From Cetorhinus maximus (Eukaryota), in NCBI RefSeq assembly GCF_964194155.1, contig NC_135898.1, forward strand, positions 77,934,001 to 77,998,000: a DNA stretch of 64,000 bases, given 5' to 3'. Below, piece after piece: positions 36,042 to 49,171 of this stretch. The first letter of the stretch is position 1, and every line of letters begins with the position of its first letter. Both the position numbers and the translations under genes were made by a program. Under the pieces are notes generated by a model that was not told the origin of the DNA, ran no database searches, and was given only the letters and a program-made list of their open reading frames with translations.

Positions 36042-37534
36042 CTGATGGAAATAAAAGATCATAACTTAAGGCTATTCATCTCTATTCTGACAGATATTAT
36101 GCTTTCTAAACTACATTTCTTGCTTTCTTTATAGAATCTGTAAAACAGGAGATTCAGCCCACTATGCCACTGCAATCTGATCTACCTGCCCTTATTCCTT
36201 TTATATTTTTCCTTATTGAATTCTTTATTATTTCTAAGACTCTTAGATCCACAATTTGACCAAACCAGGAAAAGATAATTCATAACTGAGGCTGCAGATT
36301 GGACATCCCAGGATTTCTTCCTTGAATTCATCTTCCTCAGTATGTGCCACTTCACATTCCTGTGCAGTGAATTGCACTGGCCATTTAACAGCCACATGAC
36401 TAACCTGTCCAGGTCCTCCTGCAATATTAATAGTTCATCTCAATTTGCCATGTCACCTAATTTAGCATGAACAATGTCTAGTATCAATATTCTGCATCTA
36501 CAGCCAAATGATTTGTATAAGTGGTCATCACACAAACTGTCCCAGGGCAAAACCCTAAAGGCCCATCCCATCAACTAACGCATCCTTTACCCCCTACCTT
36601 TTTATGTTATGTCCTTTAGCCATCCCTCTTTCCATACATACATTTTTTCCCCTGCAATAGGCATTGAAACCTTGCTAGGTTATGGATCGACAAGTGGTAA
36701 CTTGTCCAGGTGTCACTGTTTACCTGCAAACCTCGATGGCTAATGGGAGTAAACTATTTCTATACTTGGAGGGGTTTATTCAATGACATTCCAGAGCAGG
36801 AATTGTGGTCAATTTTCCCTTTGGCTCATGGGTACAGATATCAATTAGCCACCACGCTCCAGGATCAGCAAGCAGTGCGGATTGAGATCAAATGTAACAG
36901 CTGACCTACTGCAGGAATATATCACTTTGTCCAGATATAATTGATGCTGTTAACTCCAAGAAATAGCTGGTGATAACAAGATATGTAAAGATCAAGAATA
37001 GTTCTGATCTGCTTTCCACCATACAGAGAGCAACATGGCTGGTGGCAATTTGATAAGCTTGGGTTCTTCAGCCTTTAAAAAAAGGGTTGAGTGGGGACCT
37101 TATGAAGATACTTAACTGAAGAGAGAAAGTAAACCAACAACACACTTTGATGCAGCAGGAGCACAGGACAATTAGATCACAGCTTCGGGGCTGTGAGTAT
37201 TAAATTTAGCAAAGATACCAGGAAGCATTTTTTTATTATATAGATGAAGATCAGCTGGATCAAATTATCAAGTGAGGCCAAAATCAGGATCCTGAACTTG
37301 AGAAGCAGTCAGATACTATTACGGATATAGACAAAGGGATGGCTGAGGAGCAGTCATCAAAACATGCAAAGTACTTGTGGGATTATTTTTTTTTAAACAT
37401 TACTTAGTTTAGATACTGCAGTAAACTAGCCACTATCTCTTCAATTCAGTATGGATAGCTTCTTTAGCACATTAACCAATTTGCTACGGAACTACAGGAA
37501 AATTCTAAGCGTATTTTACATTAATGAACTTATT

Positions 37535-37945
37535 TGGTAGCACTCACTTCTGAGTCAAAAGTCAATCCAAGTCGCACTCCAAAGACTTGAGCACAGTGCA
37601 GCCTGACATTCCAGTGCAGCAATGAGAGAGTATGGCATTGTCAAAGGGGCTGTCTTTTGCAGATGTTAAAACCAAGGCCCTGTCTCCTGTTCAGGTGGAT
37701 GCTAAGGATCCATGGTATTATTTCAAGAGTAGAGGGATTTTGGGGGGTCTTCAATCAATTAGCAAATGTTGATTGAGGGAAATTCAGATGAAGTCATTTA
37801 TCTCAAAGCTGTCTAGAGGAGTTCGCTATGAATATTTCAACTACTATATTTGCATATAAAATAGTGACTACACTTCAGAAACAATTAAGTTGCTGTGAAG
37901 TGCTTCGGTGCTTCCTGAAGATGAGACACATTTGCAAGTTCTTCT
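37535..37945 (+). mobile_element. Older Deu-domain SINE copy
   Basis: Collinear with 21975-22395. Confidence 0.68.
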
Positions 37946-38001
37946 CCCCAAATTGTTCAATCGTGACAGACTAAATTAACAGTGCTTTATCCAAGGACTT
38001 A

Positions 38002-38385
38002 CTTTTGTTTATTCATCCTTGGGTTTTGGCTGCAGCTAGCAAGGCCAGCATTGATTGCCCATCCCTAGTTGCCATTAAGGCTGTCATGGAGCTCCTTGAA
38101 TCATTGTAGACCAGGTCAAGATGACACTATTACAATGATGTTAAGTAGGGAGATCCAGGATTTTTGACCTAGAGACTAAGAAGGAAAGGTGTTACATGAC
38201 CAAATCGGGATGGTGTATGACATGGAAAGGAACCTGGAGCAAATGGTGTCTCTATATATGTCTGCTGCCCTTGTCCTGGTCACTGGTTTGGGAGATGCTG
38301 AAGTAGCTTTGTCAACTTGCTGCAACACATCCTGTAGATGGTAGACATTACAGCCATATATGCAGGTGGTGAGGAGTGGATATTT
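38002..38385 (-). mobile_element. Diverged HER1-like LINE 3' fragment
   Basis: ggccagcattgattgcccatccctagttgcc tail, collinear with 42900-43300. Confidence 0.7.
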
Positions 38386-38389
38386 AAGC

Positions 38390-39060
38390 TCCTATAAATG
38401 GAGAGAGATTGCAGAGTTCTGAGATGTAGAGGGATCTGGGTGCCTGAGTGCATGAATCACAAGAGGCTAGTATGCAGGTACAACAAGTAATTAGGAAAGA
38501 TAATAGAAGGTTATCATTTATTGTGAGGGGAATTGATTAAGGAAGGATGCAAATGTGTTGGAAGCGGTTCAGAGAAGGTTTACCAGACTAATACCTGGAA
38601 TGGGCAGGTTGCCTCAAGAGAAAAGGTTGGGTAGGCTAGGCTTGTATCCGCTGGAGTTTAGATGAGTAAGAGGCGACTTGATTGAAATATAAGATCCTGA
38701 GGAGTCTTGACAGGGTGGATGTGGAGAGGATGTTTCCTCTGGTGGGAGAATCTACAACTAGGGGTCACTGTTTAAAAATAAGGCGTCACCTATTTAAGAT
38801 GAAGATGAGACAAAATCTTTTCTGAGTGTCGTGAGTCTTTGGAATTCTCTTCCCGAAAAGGGAGTGGAAGCAAAGTCTTTAAATAGTTTTAAGGCAGAGG
38901 TGGATAGATTCTTGGTAAGCAAGAGGGTGATAGGTTAATCAGGGGTAAGCGGGATGCAGATTTGAGATTACTATCAAATCATCCATGATCTTATTAAGTG
39001 GTGGAGCAGGCTCAAGGGTCGAATGGCCTACTCCTGCTCCTTGTTCATATGTTCGTATGC
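38390..39060 (+). mobile_element. CR1 LINE 3' fragment
   Basis: gagtttagatgagtaagaggcgacttgattgaa... and tail gaatggcctactcctgctcc. Confidence 0.85.
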
Positions 39061-39392
39061 AAGCTGATAGATGGGATGCAGCTCAAAATGCTCTAAGGTT
39101 CAATCTGAAGTTTGGAAGGACAATCTATTAATATCCTGCTCAGCAGTTTTTTTTTTTGCAAACTTCAACTGGCCAATGTACAAAAATTGAATGTAGCCTT
39201 TACACTTAATTGACATCATAATGGGTGATTAAAGAGAAGGCAATGCAGTTCTTAGTTATGGTTTTCCAGGAACACACATCTTTGTTTATAAAAATGCACC
39301 TGGAGTGGATTCTTTTGAAGATTTAGTGCTGATGTGTCTTGTAATGGAGCTACTGGTCTCAACTGCCATGGATTCACAAAAGTGATACTCAC

Positions 39393-39570
39393 CATCAAAC
39401 ACTGCTCGACTGTACTGAGTAGTAGATGCCAAAGGTCTGCATGTTTTGTCAAATTTGTTGCCATAATTGCCCATGCTGACTTCAAACTGGACGGCGTCTC
39501 CAACTTCTCGTTGCATTGTTCCAGCATAAAAGACAGCAGAAAGACTGAACTTACGCCGGCGTTGATATTT
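39393..39570 (-). CDS. MYOF: MYOF exon ~20, [14 protein letters not shown]...[11 protein letters not shown](G)
   Basis: 178 nt, phase 0 to 1; inside track ORF 39286..39621. Confidence 0.95.
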
Positions 39571-40228
39571 CTGGAATAGAAACAGGATGATTTGGATTAA
39601 CTTCATACAAGACCAAGGCAATGACGAACAATAAATTCCACAAATAATTTAAAACTTCTGAAAAAGGATTATGGAATAAATGTTAAAATGCAATCCCACT
39701 TTTTCAAACTCCCATCTATCTCTCATTCAAAAGGGGGTTTTTCTCCAACAGGTTTGCCACTGAACAGGGAAGCAGTGGGATAAGAACAGGAAGCTTTGAC
39801 AGTTGTCTAGATCTAGCTGCAGCACGACTGCAGGGTGTTTTTGACCTCTATCAAAATTTGCAAGCTGTCATCACGTTACTAAATGTGGCATTACATGGTG
39901 GACTTACACATGCACCCTGAAACGCAAAATCTCTTACACAAAGCCAATGAAACTGTCCTGCAAGACAGCCATGACTTTCACCCCCACTGGTTTAAACCAG
40001 TAGTTTTGATGCTTATTACATTCCTTACTTACTTTCCTTAATCTTCATGTATGTGGGAACACAATTCTTATGGGGGATAAATTGGGAGGGTTATAAGGGA
40101 ATAAGGAAAGGTGAGGAAAATGCTTCCAAATATGATACTAAGTGTTACATGACCAAATTGATGACAGTCACAGGTTTAAGACAAATAACCATAATTAACA
40201 GAACACTTAAACATGCTGCATGACTGAC

Positions 40229-40342
40229 CTGAACTACTAAGACATCATCACTAGGTATGTCCTCCAATTTCTTCTCTGGATTAGCATCAAGCTTGGTGAT
40301 TAATTCAATCAATATTCTACCACGATATGCAACTCCTTCACC
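40229..40342 (-). CDS. MYOF: MYOF exon ~19, [38 protein letters not shown]
   Basis: 114 nt, phase 0 to 0. Confidence 0.95.
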
Positions 40343-40986
40343 CTAGAAAAAAAATAAATTTTATTAGCTCTGCAGGTGCTGGTCACCTTCCAAGACATCA
40401 CCGAGCTGGCGTTTCATGTCAGCAGAGCGCGTGCTTCTTTTTTCATTTATTTTTTCATGGAATGTGGGCTTCCTGCTGTGCCTAAAATTCTTCTTGTAAC
40501 TTGCAGACCCTCCAAGCAAGTGCAGTTGAAGGATACTCTCTTGAAGAGCTGAGGGCACAGGCCAGTTTTTTCTGCAGTGATTCATCTGGTCCATAAAAAG
40601 ATTAGGGATACTTGGGTATATTGTAGTGGAACTTGTTTTGACTTCAAAATTCCTGATCTTTAATGTTATACAATTGGTACTGATCCCAATTATAAATGTC
40701 TCTTTGCGCAAATATGAAATAAACTCCAAGCCTAAAGGCATAATATCTGAACTGACTACACGTGCCAATTGGAAATGTTTGCTGTGAAAATATATCCCGC
40801 ATAGCCAATTTATTTTCCATGGCAAAGTTATTGAAATAATGCCAAACAAAATACATGTCAATTTTCATCGTCACATCATCTACCAATTGAGTGTACAACG
40901 CATCTTACCGATTTTCTAAAAGGAATGACACCCATTCACATTTTGTAGTGACGTCAGATACAGTACAGATCACATTTCTGACTAAC

Positions 40987-41111
40987 CTTTCCACAGTTCA
41001 AGTCTTCATGAGGATCAGCAAAGCCAGTGTATTCCCTGGGACTCCCATAAAAGTTTACATAACAAGGCCCAAAAGCGGGAAGAAATCCTACTTCCTCATC
41101 TCCAGTTTCCC
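40987..41111 (-). CDS. MYOF: MYOF exon ~18, (G)[41 protein letters not shown]
   Basis: 125 nt, phase 1 to 0. Confidence 0.95.
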
Positions 41112-42114
41112 CTATCAAAACATAGAAGGTGATCAACAAAATATACAACCCTGGCATTTGCAAAGCGTATTTTCTAAAATTTGGTTAGTAAGTTAGTTTG
41201 TAAGCATGTGCTCAGATGCATCAAATGCACTTGCAATTAAGGAGGTTATTCTATCTCAGAGGGCCAAATAAGTGTTGCAAGTTTATCATTTGAAATGCAG
41301 GAGTATTGCAATGCATTGATAAACATAGTTCCCTTCAGCAGTGAAGTTCTTTGAAGAATGCTTGCTAGCCAGCAGCTGTTACAAACATACGTTGTTACTT
41401 TCATTTACCGCATTAAATTGGAAGCCTCACTGATTTAGATTGGCTAAGCTGTTGTTTCAACTCTATTGTTGGATGGGGTTAGGTGGGACAGTGGAAAAGG
41501 AATGTTCAGTTCATTTTTTAAGTAATAGATGGAATAAAACTGCCCCAAAAAGTCTACAATCAACCAATCTCCTTGGGCCAGGCAATAAGCCATTTATACT
41601 TCCTGCACAGCCATGCAACTAAGCTAACAAATCTTGTGTACGAATTACATCCACTGTGATGCGATTAATTGTTCATCACTTCCTATCACACCACCAGGTG
41701 AGATGGTATTTTTCTCCTCCCAGGCAAAGTGGGAAGAGGAGTGTAAGTAAATGCAAGAAGCTGGGAGATTGATCTCTTTTTTCTAGAGTTCCTCATTGGT
41801 CTAACTATCACTTTCAATGAAAAACATGGAGTCACACCAATATCCTTCTGGGAAAATCGATTGCTCACTCTTTCCCCTTTAACAGATGATTTATAGAAGG
41901 TCTGAGGCCTCAAGTGGAAAATCTGAAGCAAAAAAATATTGATAGATAAAACTAAAAATCAAAAATGCTGCCATGGAACCATCTGACCAGAACCCAAGAT
42001 ACCCCTTTCAAATTAGCATCAACCAAGTTTAACAGAAAGCATGTAGCTATACTGAACTAGACAAGAACAGTTTTAAAATTAATTAACATGCACTGCTACC
42101 ACAAGAACTTAAAC

Positions 42115-42345
42115 CACAAAAGCCAAATACTGTGAATGCTAGAAATTTGAAATAAAAAGCTGCTCGAATTACTCAGGTGGTCAGGCAGCATCTGTGGAGG
42201 GAAGCAGAGTTAACATTTCAGGTAGAGATGGCTTTCAGAATAGGTTCTGATGGAAGATCATCGTGAGCTGAAATGTTAACTCTGCTTCTCTCTATAGATG
42301 CTGCCTGACCGGCTGAGTAATTCCTACAGTTCTTGTTTTTATTTA
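42115..42345. mobile_element. Older palindromic Penelope-like repeat, family A relative
   Basis: ttactcagg..caggcagcatctgtggag..gcagagttaacatttcag is inverted as ctgaaatgttaactctgc..agatgctgcctgacc..ctgagtaa. Confidence 0.7.
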
Positions 42346-42896
42346 AGTAAACTGCAAACCAGACTCAAGAATTAGACATAATTTTGCTTAAATTCCTTCA
42401 ATAAAATTTGAAAGCCCAAATTAAGGGGGAAAAAATGAAAATTGACCCAATATCTGGAAGAATTCATACAAGTTGCATTTCAGAATATTAGGAAAGAGTC
42501 TCAATCAAGAGTCAATGAAATTGTAGCTGTCCTTGAGAATATAAAAAAGGACTATAAAACTGCTGTTAGCAGTAGCACTGTTGCCCTACGTTGGGTGCCA
42601 AATGCCACCTGGAAATTGTAGTCCAGGGGAGGTAAAAAGTTAACAAGAGGCAAAATCAACCTGGGTCTGTTACTGGTGACAGCTTAAAACCAAGAAAGGA
42701 GAGAAAAGCAAGGTTAAGTGGCTAAGTAGAAGAGGAGATGAAACCAGATACAAAAAGACAGGAACCCACAAAATTCAAGATAGGAGAAAAAAATAAGTTA
42801 TGACTTGGTGGCCGGGGGGGTGGGGGGGGGGGGGGGGGGGCGCGGGGTTCAGGTTTTCGGTAATTTTTTCTAAACACCACAGAGTGGTCATTTAAT

Positions 42897-45092
42897 ACTT
42901 TCTTTTTTATTCATTCACGGGATGTGGACTTCGCTGGCTGGGCCAGCATTTATTGCCCATCCCTAGTTGCCCTTGAGAAGGTGGTGGTGAGCTGCCTTCT
43001 TGAACCCCTGCAGTCCCTGTGGTGTATGTACACCCACAGTACTATTAGGGAGCAAGTTCCAGGATTCTGACCCAGCGACAGTGGAGGGAACGGTGATATA
43101 TTTCCAAGTCAGGATGGTGAGTGACTTGGAAGGGAACGTCTAGGTGGTGGTGTTCCCATCTACCTGCTGCCCTTGTCCTTCTAAATTCTTTTGGTCATGG
43201 GGTTGGAAGGTGCTGTTGAAGGAGCCTTGGTGAATTCCTAGTGCATCTTGTAGATGGTGCACACTGTTGCTACTGTGTGTCAGTGGTGGAGGGAAGCGAA
43301 TGTTTGTGGATGTGCTGCCAATCAAGTGGGCTGCATTATCCTGGATGGTATCAAGTTTCAAGTGTTGTGGGAGCTGCACTCATCTACGCAAGTGTGGAAT
43401 ATTACATCACACTCCTGACTTGTGCCTTGTAGATGGTGGACAGGCTTTGGGGAGTCAGGAGGTGTTGCAGGATTCCTAGCCTCTAATCTGCTCTTGTAGC
43501 CATAGTATTTATATGGCTAGCCCAGTTCACTTTCTGGTCAATGGTAACCCCCAGGATGTTGATAATGAGAGGTTCAGTGATGCCATTGAACATCAAGGGA
43601 TGATGGTTGGATTCACTCTTGTTGGAGATGGTCATTGCCTGGCACTTGTGTGGCACGAATGTTACTTGCCATTTGTCAGCCCAAGCCTGGATGTTGGCCA
43701 GGTCTTGCTGCATTTGGACATGGACTGCTTCAGTATCTGAGGAGTCACGAATGGTGCAATCATCAGCAAATACCCCCACTTCTGACCTTATGATGGAAGG
43801 AAGGTCATTAATGAAGCAACTGAAGATGGTTGGGCCAAGGACACTGCCCTGAGGAACCCCTGCAGTGATGTTGTGAAGCGGAGATGACTGACCTCCAACA
43901 ACCACAACCATCTTCCTTCATGCTAGGTATGACTCCAACCAGCAGAGTGTTTTCCCCTTGATTCCCATTGACTCCAGTTTTGCTAGGGCTCCTTGATGCC
44001 ATACTTGGTCAAATGCTGCCTTGATGTCAAGGGCAGTCACTATCACCTCGGGAGTTCAGCTCTTTCGTCCATGTTTGAACAAAGGCTGTAATGAGGTCAG
44101 GGGCTGCGTGGTCCTGGCAGAACCCAAACTGGGTGTCAATAAGCAGGTTATTGCTAAGCAAGTGTCACTTGATAGCACTGTTGATGACCCCTTCCATTAC
44201 TTTTCTTATGGAGAGTAGACCGATGGGGCGGTAATTGGCTGGGTTGGATTTGCCCTGCATTGTGTGTACAGGACATACCTGGGCAATTTTCCACATGGCC
44301 GGGTAGATTCCAGTTTGTAGCTGTACTGGAACAGCTTGGCTAGGGGCATCGCAAGTTCTGGAGCACAAGTCTTCAGTGTTATTGCCAGAATATTGTCAGA
44401 GCCCGTAGCCTTTGCAATATCCAATGCCTTCAGCCATTTCTTGATATCATGTGGAGTGAATCGAATTGGCTGAAGGCTGGCATCGGTGATGCTGGGGATC
44501 TCCAGAGGAGGCCGAGATGGATCATCCACTCAGCACTTCTGGCTGAAGATTGCAGCAAATGCTTCAGTCCTATCTTTTGCACTAATGCTGGGTTCCTCCA
44601 TCATTGACGATGGGGATATTGTGGAGCCTCCTCCTCCAGTGAGTTGTTTAATTGTCCAACACCATTCACAACTGGATGTGGCAGACTGCAGAGCTTAGAT
44701 CTGATCCTTTGGTTGTGGGGTCACTTAGCCCTGTCCATTTCTTGCTGTTAGGCATGCAAGTAATTCTATGTTATAGCTTCACCAGGTTGACACCTCATTT
44801 TTAGGTCTGCCCGGTGCTGCTCCTGGCATGCCCTCCTGCACTCTTCATTGAGCCAGGGTTGATCCCCTGGCTTGATAGTAATGGTAGAGTGGGGGATATG
44901 CCAGGCCATGGGGTTACAGATTGTGTTCGAATCCAATTCTGCTGCTGCTGATGGCCCACAGCGCCTCCTGGATGCCCAGTCTCGAGTTTCTAGATCTGTT
45001 TGAAATCTATCCCATTTAGCACTGTGGTAGCGCTACACAACACTATGGAGAGTATCCTCAATGCGAAACCGGGACTTCATCTCCACAATGAC
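42897..45092 (-). mobile_element. HER1-like LINE, 2.2 kb frameshifted ORF2 3' half
   Basis: KATGSDNI, NPANYRPIGLLS, GVPQGSVLGPTIFSCFINDL, FADD RT motifs spread over several frames. Confidence 0.92.
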
Positions 45093-47273
45093 TTGCAGAA
45101 GATGTTTAAATAAACCCAAAAGGCCAAGAGTTATTCACAATGATAGAAAAATAACTCAGGCAAACATACCCAATAGAAATTTCAGTACTGGAGATAGCCA
45201 AATGTGCCAGTAAACGCTAGCTCCATATTAGAGCCATTGAAATGTAGTCCCATTTCATTGATTTTTTTCCTATTTTAAACACACAACTTAGAGTCTGTTC
45301 ATTAAAATTAAAACAATTTAAGACCGTTCAAATTGCTCAACCACTGCAACTGACAGTTGTCATTGGCATAGGGTTGTTTCCTTTGCAGGCGTAAATGGTG
45401 CTATAAAAGAAGTGCTGAAGCTGGGGGACTTGTGTTATGGAGAGTTGAAGTTGGTGCACTATTCTCCAGTTCACTTCCAAATATAATGTGCAGTGTACAC
45501 TTGATTTAAAGCTTCTTAATCCAAACTATCTTTTTTTTTAATGCACTAAATTCCCAACTGGCTAGGATTGCCCTTTCCTCCCCATCAGATAAACACATGG
45601 GATGGGGGTAACAGCCCAACAGACAGGATAATAGCAAATGAAAATGAAAAGTAAGCAAAGTGAAATGAGGAAAAAAAAATGATATTCTAATTCATGTCCA
45701 AGAAACAACTTGTACTTGGATCGACAACTATAATTCTTTGAAACTACGTTTAACAAGAGATCAGGTCGTAACCAGCAAATTGTGTCTGATCTTGAGCCGT
45801 CATGGAAGCATATTTTCCAGTCATGATTTAAGAGTTTGTTTCTATGGAACATCAAGCACAACAATGCAAAAGGTTGATTTGGTGCAGGAGGTGCTTGCAA
45901 GCAATTTATCTAGCTTTCAGCCAAAGCAAGGAGGACCAGTGTGCATGTTAGCAGCAGAGTTTGATTCCACATTTCACTTCATCAATAGAGTGGCAGAAAA
46001 CAATTTTACTTAATTTAATTTTCCTGCCAAATTACTGAAGTACAACAGAAATTAAAAAAGAATCACCAATTGCAGACTGCGGAATGACATACTGTCCTAT
46101 AAAAGTTCTGGCAGATAATTGAGAAGCAGTGAAATATCTCTGCACTAGAATTATTGCGATGGACTTCAATTGGTCAATGTGTAAATAAACCTTGTGGTAT
46201 CAAACCAAGCTGTACCAACTCGGAAGGCTGCCGTACAATCCATGGTTTGTGCAACTTTACCCAGTGTCAGATAGGTATCACATTAACACCCTCAACATTA
46301 TTGGGTTCAGAGCAAAGAAAAACTCAAACTGACCTGATCGTTGCCCAGTAACCTCTGCTGAAAGCAAGTGTTTATAGACAGGATCAGTTGCACTGGACTT
46401 GCTCACATATGCAGAATGACTGGAGGGCTTATCTGCCAAAAAGCCATAACCCAGAGAGGGGCACCCATATTCAGGAGTGGAAGGCTGAAGGAAGAAAACC
46501 AGGAGGGGTTTTTTGGGGTGGGGGGGTGGTGGGGGGCAGTATGTTGCCATTTTCCATCCCAGTGTGGTACTTATAAAAGTGGGATTCACCAAGCTTAAAA
46601 TCTTACCACCCAATGCACAGTTCGGCCTACACCGAAAAATTTATCAACCTCGTATTTCAGGCTGCAGAACTTATGAAAGGAAATAAAGATTGCCAAGCCA
46701 GCTAAGAAGCTCAAGTCCAATAGCCATCATATGTGAAAACATCCATTGCCAAAAGTCTCTACACTATTGTATCACTTTTAAAAGCCAAATTCACCCATTC
46801 AGCAATGCATGCTTTTTACATGGTCTTTGTCCTTCCCCATCCCACACTATGTCCCCCTTTTGGCAACAGATGTTCAAAGATTAGACCAAGAAATAAAACC
46901 TTCATTTGCTGGAGAAGCCCCAGAGACCTCATCATCTGGATTGTGGGAAACAAAAATAAGTTAGAATGTTACAAAGTAAAATGAAATTAACCAGTCACTG
47001 AATGTTGTTAGTACTGTGTACAACTAGCTTCACAATTCCCTTAAACTTTATCACATGGAGCACCAATGGAAAACACTGCCGTAAACGCAGGGTCAGAATC
47101 TCCTTATTCTCCCATTCTGTGCTGCCAAGTATTAAGTATTAAGCGAAACCAGGCACCTCGTGAGGTTTGTGGGGACGGGGGGAGAGAAGAAAGTGAGATG
47201 GGTCATTTACAGGCTGCTGCTGCACACCTCCATACCATTGGCTAGGAGGCAGTGGAGGTGGTTTGGAAATTAC

Positions 47274-47312
47274 CTGGCTTACTCTTCTCAGGATGCGAGC
47301 TTCTTGGGGGGT
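47274..47312 (-). CDS. MYOF: MYOF cassette exon ~17, (D)PPRSSHPEKSKP, 39 nt
   Basis: ttatctttttctag|AC...CCA G|gtaatt; symmetric phase 1-1, open frame. Same length and position as the human alternative exon 17, but the peptide is divergent. Confidence 0.72.
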
Positions 47313-49088
47313 CTAGAAAAAGATAATGTTGCTTAGAAAACACTACATGTCCTGCCAATATTCATTCTTGTGATCAGCCAACAAGAAAACCAGAGAAGGT
47401 GCTCTGTTTGGGGTAATGGGGAGGGGGGAGGGATTGTGGATGAATTTGCTGGAATAGAAAACATCGAACGTCAGAAACATTTGTTAATTTGGCAACCTGT
47501 TCAGTTACTTTACATACTTCCAATTAGATGCTGCTAAACAATGGTACATTAATATGATCAATCTTGCCCTGCAACTTCAAGATGCCAGAATAGCAAAAAT
47601 AAAATGCAAAATGTTTGCACTGCTTTGACAAGATAATGCATCAATTCTAAGATAAAAATACAACTTCAACTATAAAGACATTATAGCAAGATAATTAAAA
47701 TGCCAGATACACAATGTTGTACACAGTTTCTTATGAGAGGTGCACTGCAGTACCTGCCGGAGCAATTTGTTGCTAATCTTTGGGCAAAAGGAAATATTCT
47801 CATCTTTCTATTTAAATAGTGGGCCACAAACAACAGCCTATAAAATGGGAGTATTAAATATTGCATCAGCAGGCCTTTGCAATGTTTGACAGCAAGGTGT
47901 TAACAAAAGGCTACCAGCCCTTACAAAGGTACATTTCTTAAAGCACAACCTTTAAAAATGTTGCTTGATGAAAGCTATGTTGATATAATAAATCTGTATT
48001 AAACTGTCTTAATGTGAAATGCTGTATTCTTCACTTTCTTGTAAAGCCATTAAGTGAGTGGAATTTTGTCATGAGGTGGAGGATTCTTGTAAATATGGCG
48101 GATTATTGGGCCTGAAGGGAAGAAGTCTGTAGTCCTGCATCATATTTATGTCAATTTCAGATTTCAAATACAGTTCAAGGCACTTATGAATTAGCTCCTG
48201 GCAGTATTATAGTGTTAAAAATTAGTTTAGATTTGTTTGGGAGTGCGTGGCCACAGTTGGAAAAATAAGCGAGGAGAAGGGAAAGAAAAACGAGGAACTG
48301 AAATCATCACAGCTTACTTTTTATTCTTCCAGTTTATTATTCCCCACATCAGTACCAACTGTCCACTGTAATGTGACCTGCTGATAAAAGCCAGGGCCCA
48401 GCTTTGGGGGAAAGGAGGTAGAACAATTGGAAGACATTGACTGAAAATTCATTCAGGCTCAAAGAACAAAGAGCAGGCAGCAACAGTTATATTTCAATAA
48501 CCTACTGCAAGGATCATTTTGCTGCAGTAGTACATTGCACATATAGACCAACGTGTTTCCTAAAAAAAAACTGATTTTGCTTATCAAGTGCAATCTTGTC
48601 ACAATAATCAATTTTAACTCATTTAGAATTAGTGGAACATATAAAATATTTCAGCTTAATTTCAGGATGTCCATGGCACACAAGCAATAACTTGAATTAG
48701 TTTACATACTCCACAATGGCTTATTGTGTCATTTTAAAATAATAATTAAGAGACTGCAGGTTGATATCTAAAATCAAACAATGCATATAGTATGTAATAG
48801 TGATCCATATGGTGGCCACACATAGCTGAAAATGCATATTAAGAAATGAAAAAAATCCAGAGAAAGTCAAATGAATGATTCTGGAAGCCAGCAAAAGTAC
48901 AGTTTATATAAGTTCCAACATGTTACCAAGTGTGGGTCATTCATCAGAAATGGTTAACACTGCATCTCAATCCGGAACACACTTTCACTCGAGATTGGAA
49001 AAATGATCTTCTCCCTGGAACTAGCAGTGGAGTGTTTATTGTAAATAATCCAGTACATCAGTAACAAGGCATTGAAAGTAACACCAAC

Positions 49089-49171
49089 CTTCAACTTCAC
49101 CTCCAGATGAAGCTATTTTGGAGAGGTACAAAAATGCTGTTCCAATCGCGTCATTCCGAGTCAGCCGATCC
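49089..49171 (-). CDS. MYOF: MYOF exon ~16, (W)DRLTRNDAIGTAFLYLSKIASSGGEVE
   Basis: 83 nt, phase 2 to 1. Confidence 0.93.

Noticed and set aside
45170-45216. Another exon-17 candidate with a gtatgt donor
   Set aside because: In-frame TGA in the required phase.
46093-46144. AG...GTATGT candidate for exon 17
   Set aside because: No acceptor choice gives a stop-free phase 1-1 exon; 47274-47312 fits far better.
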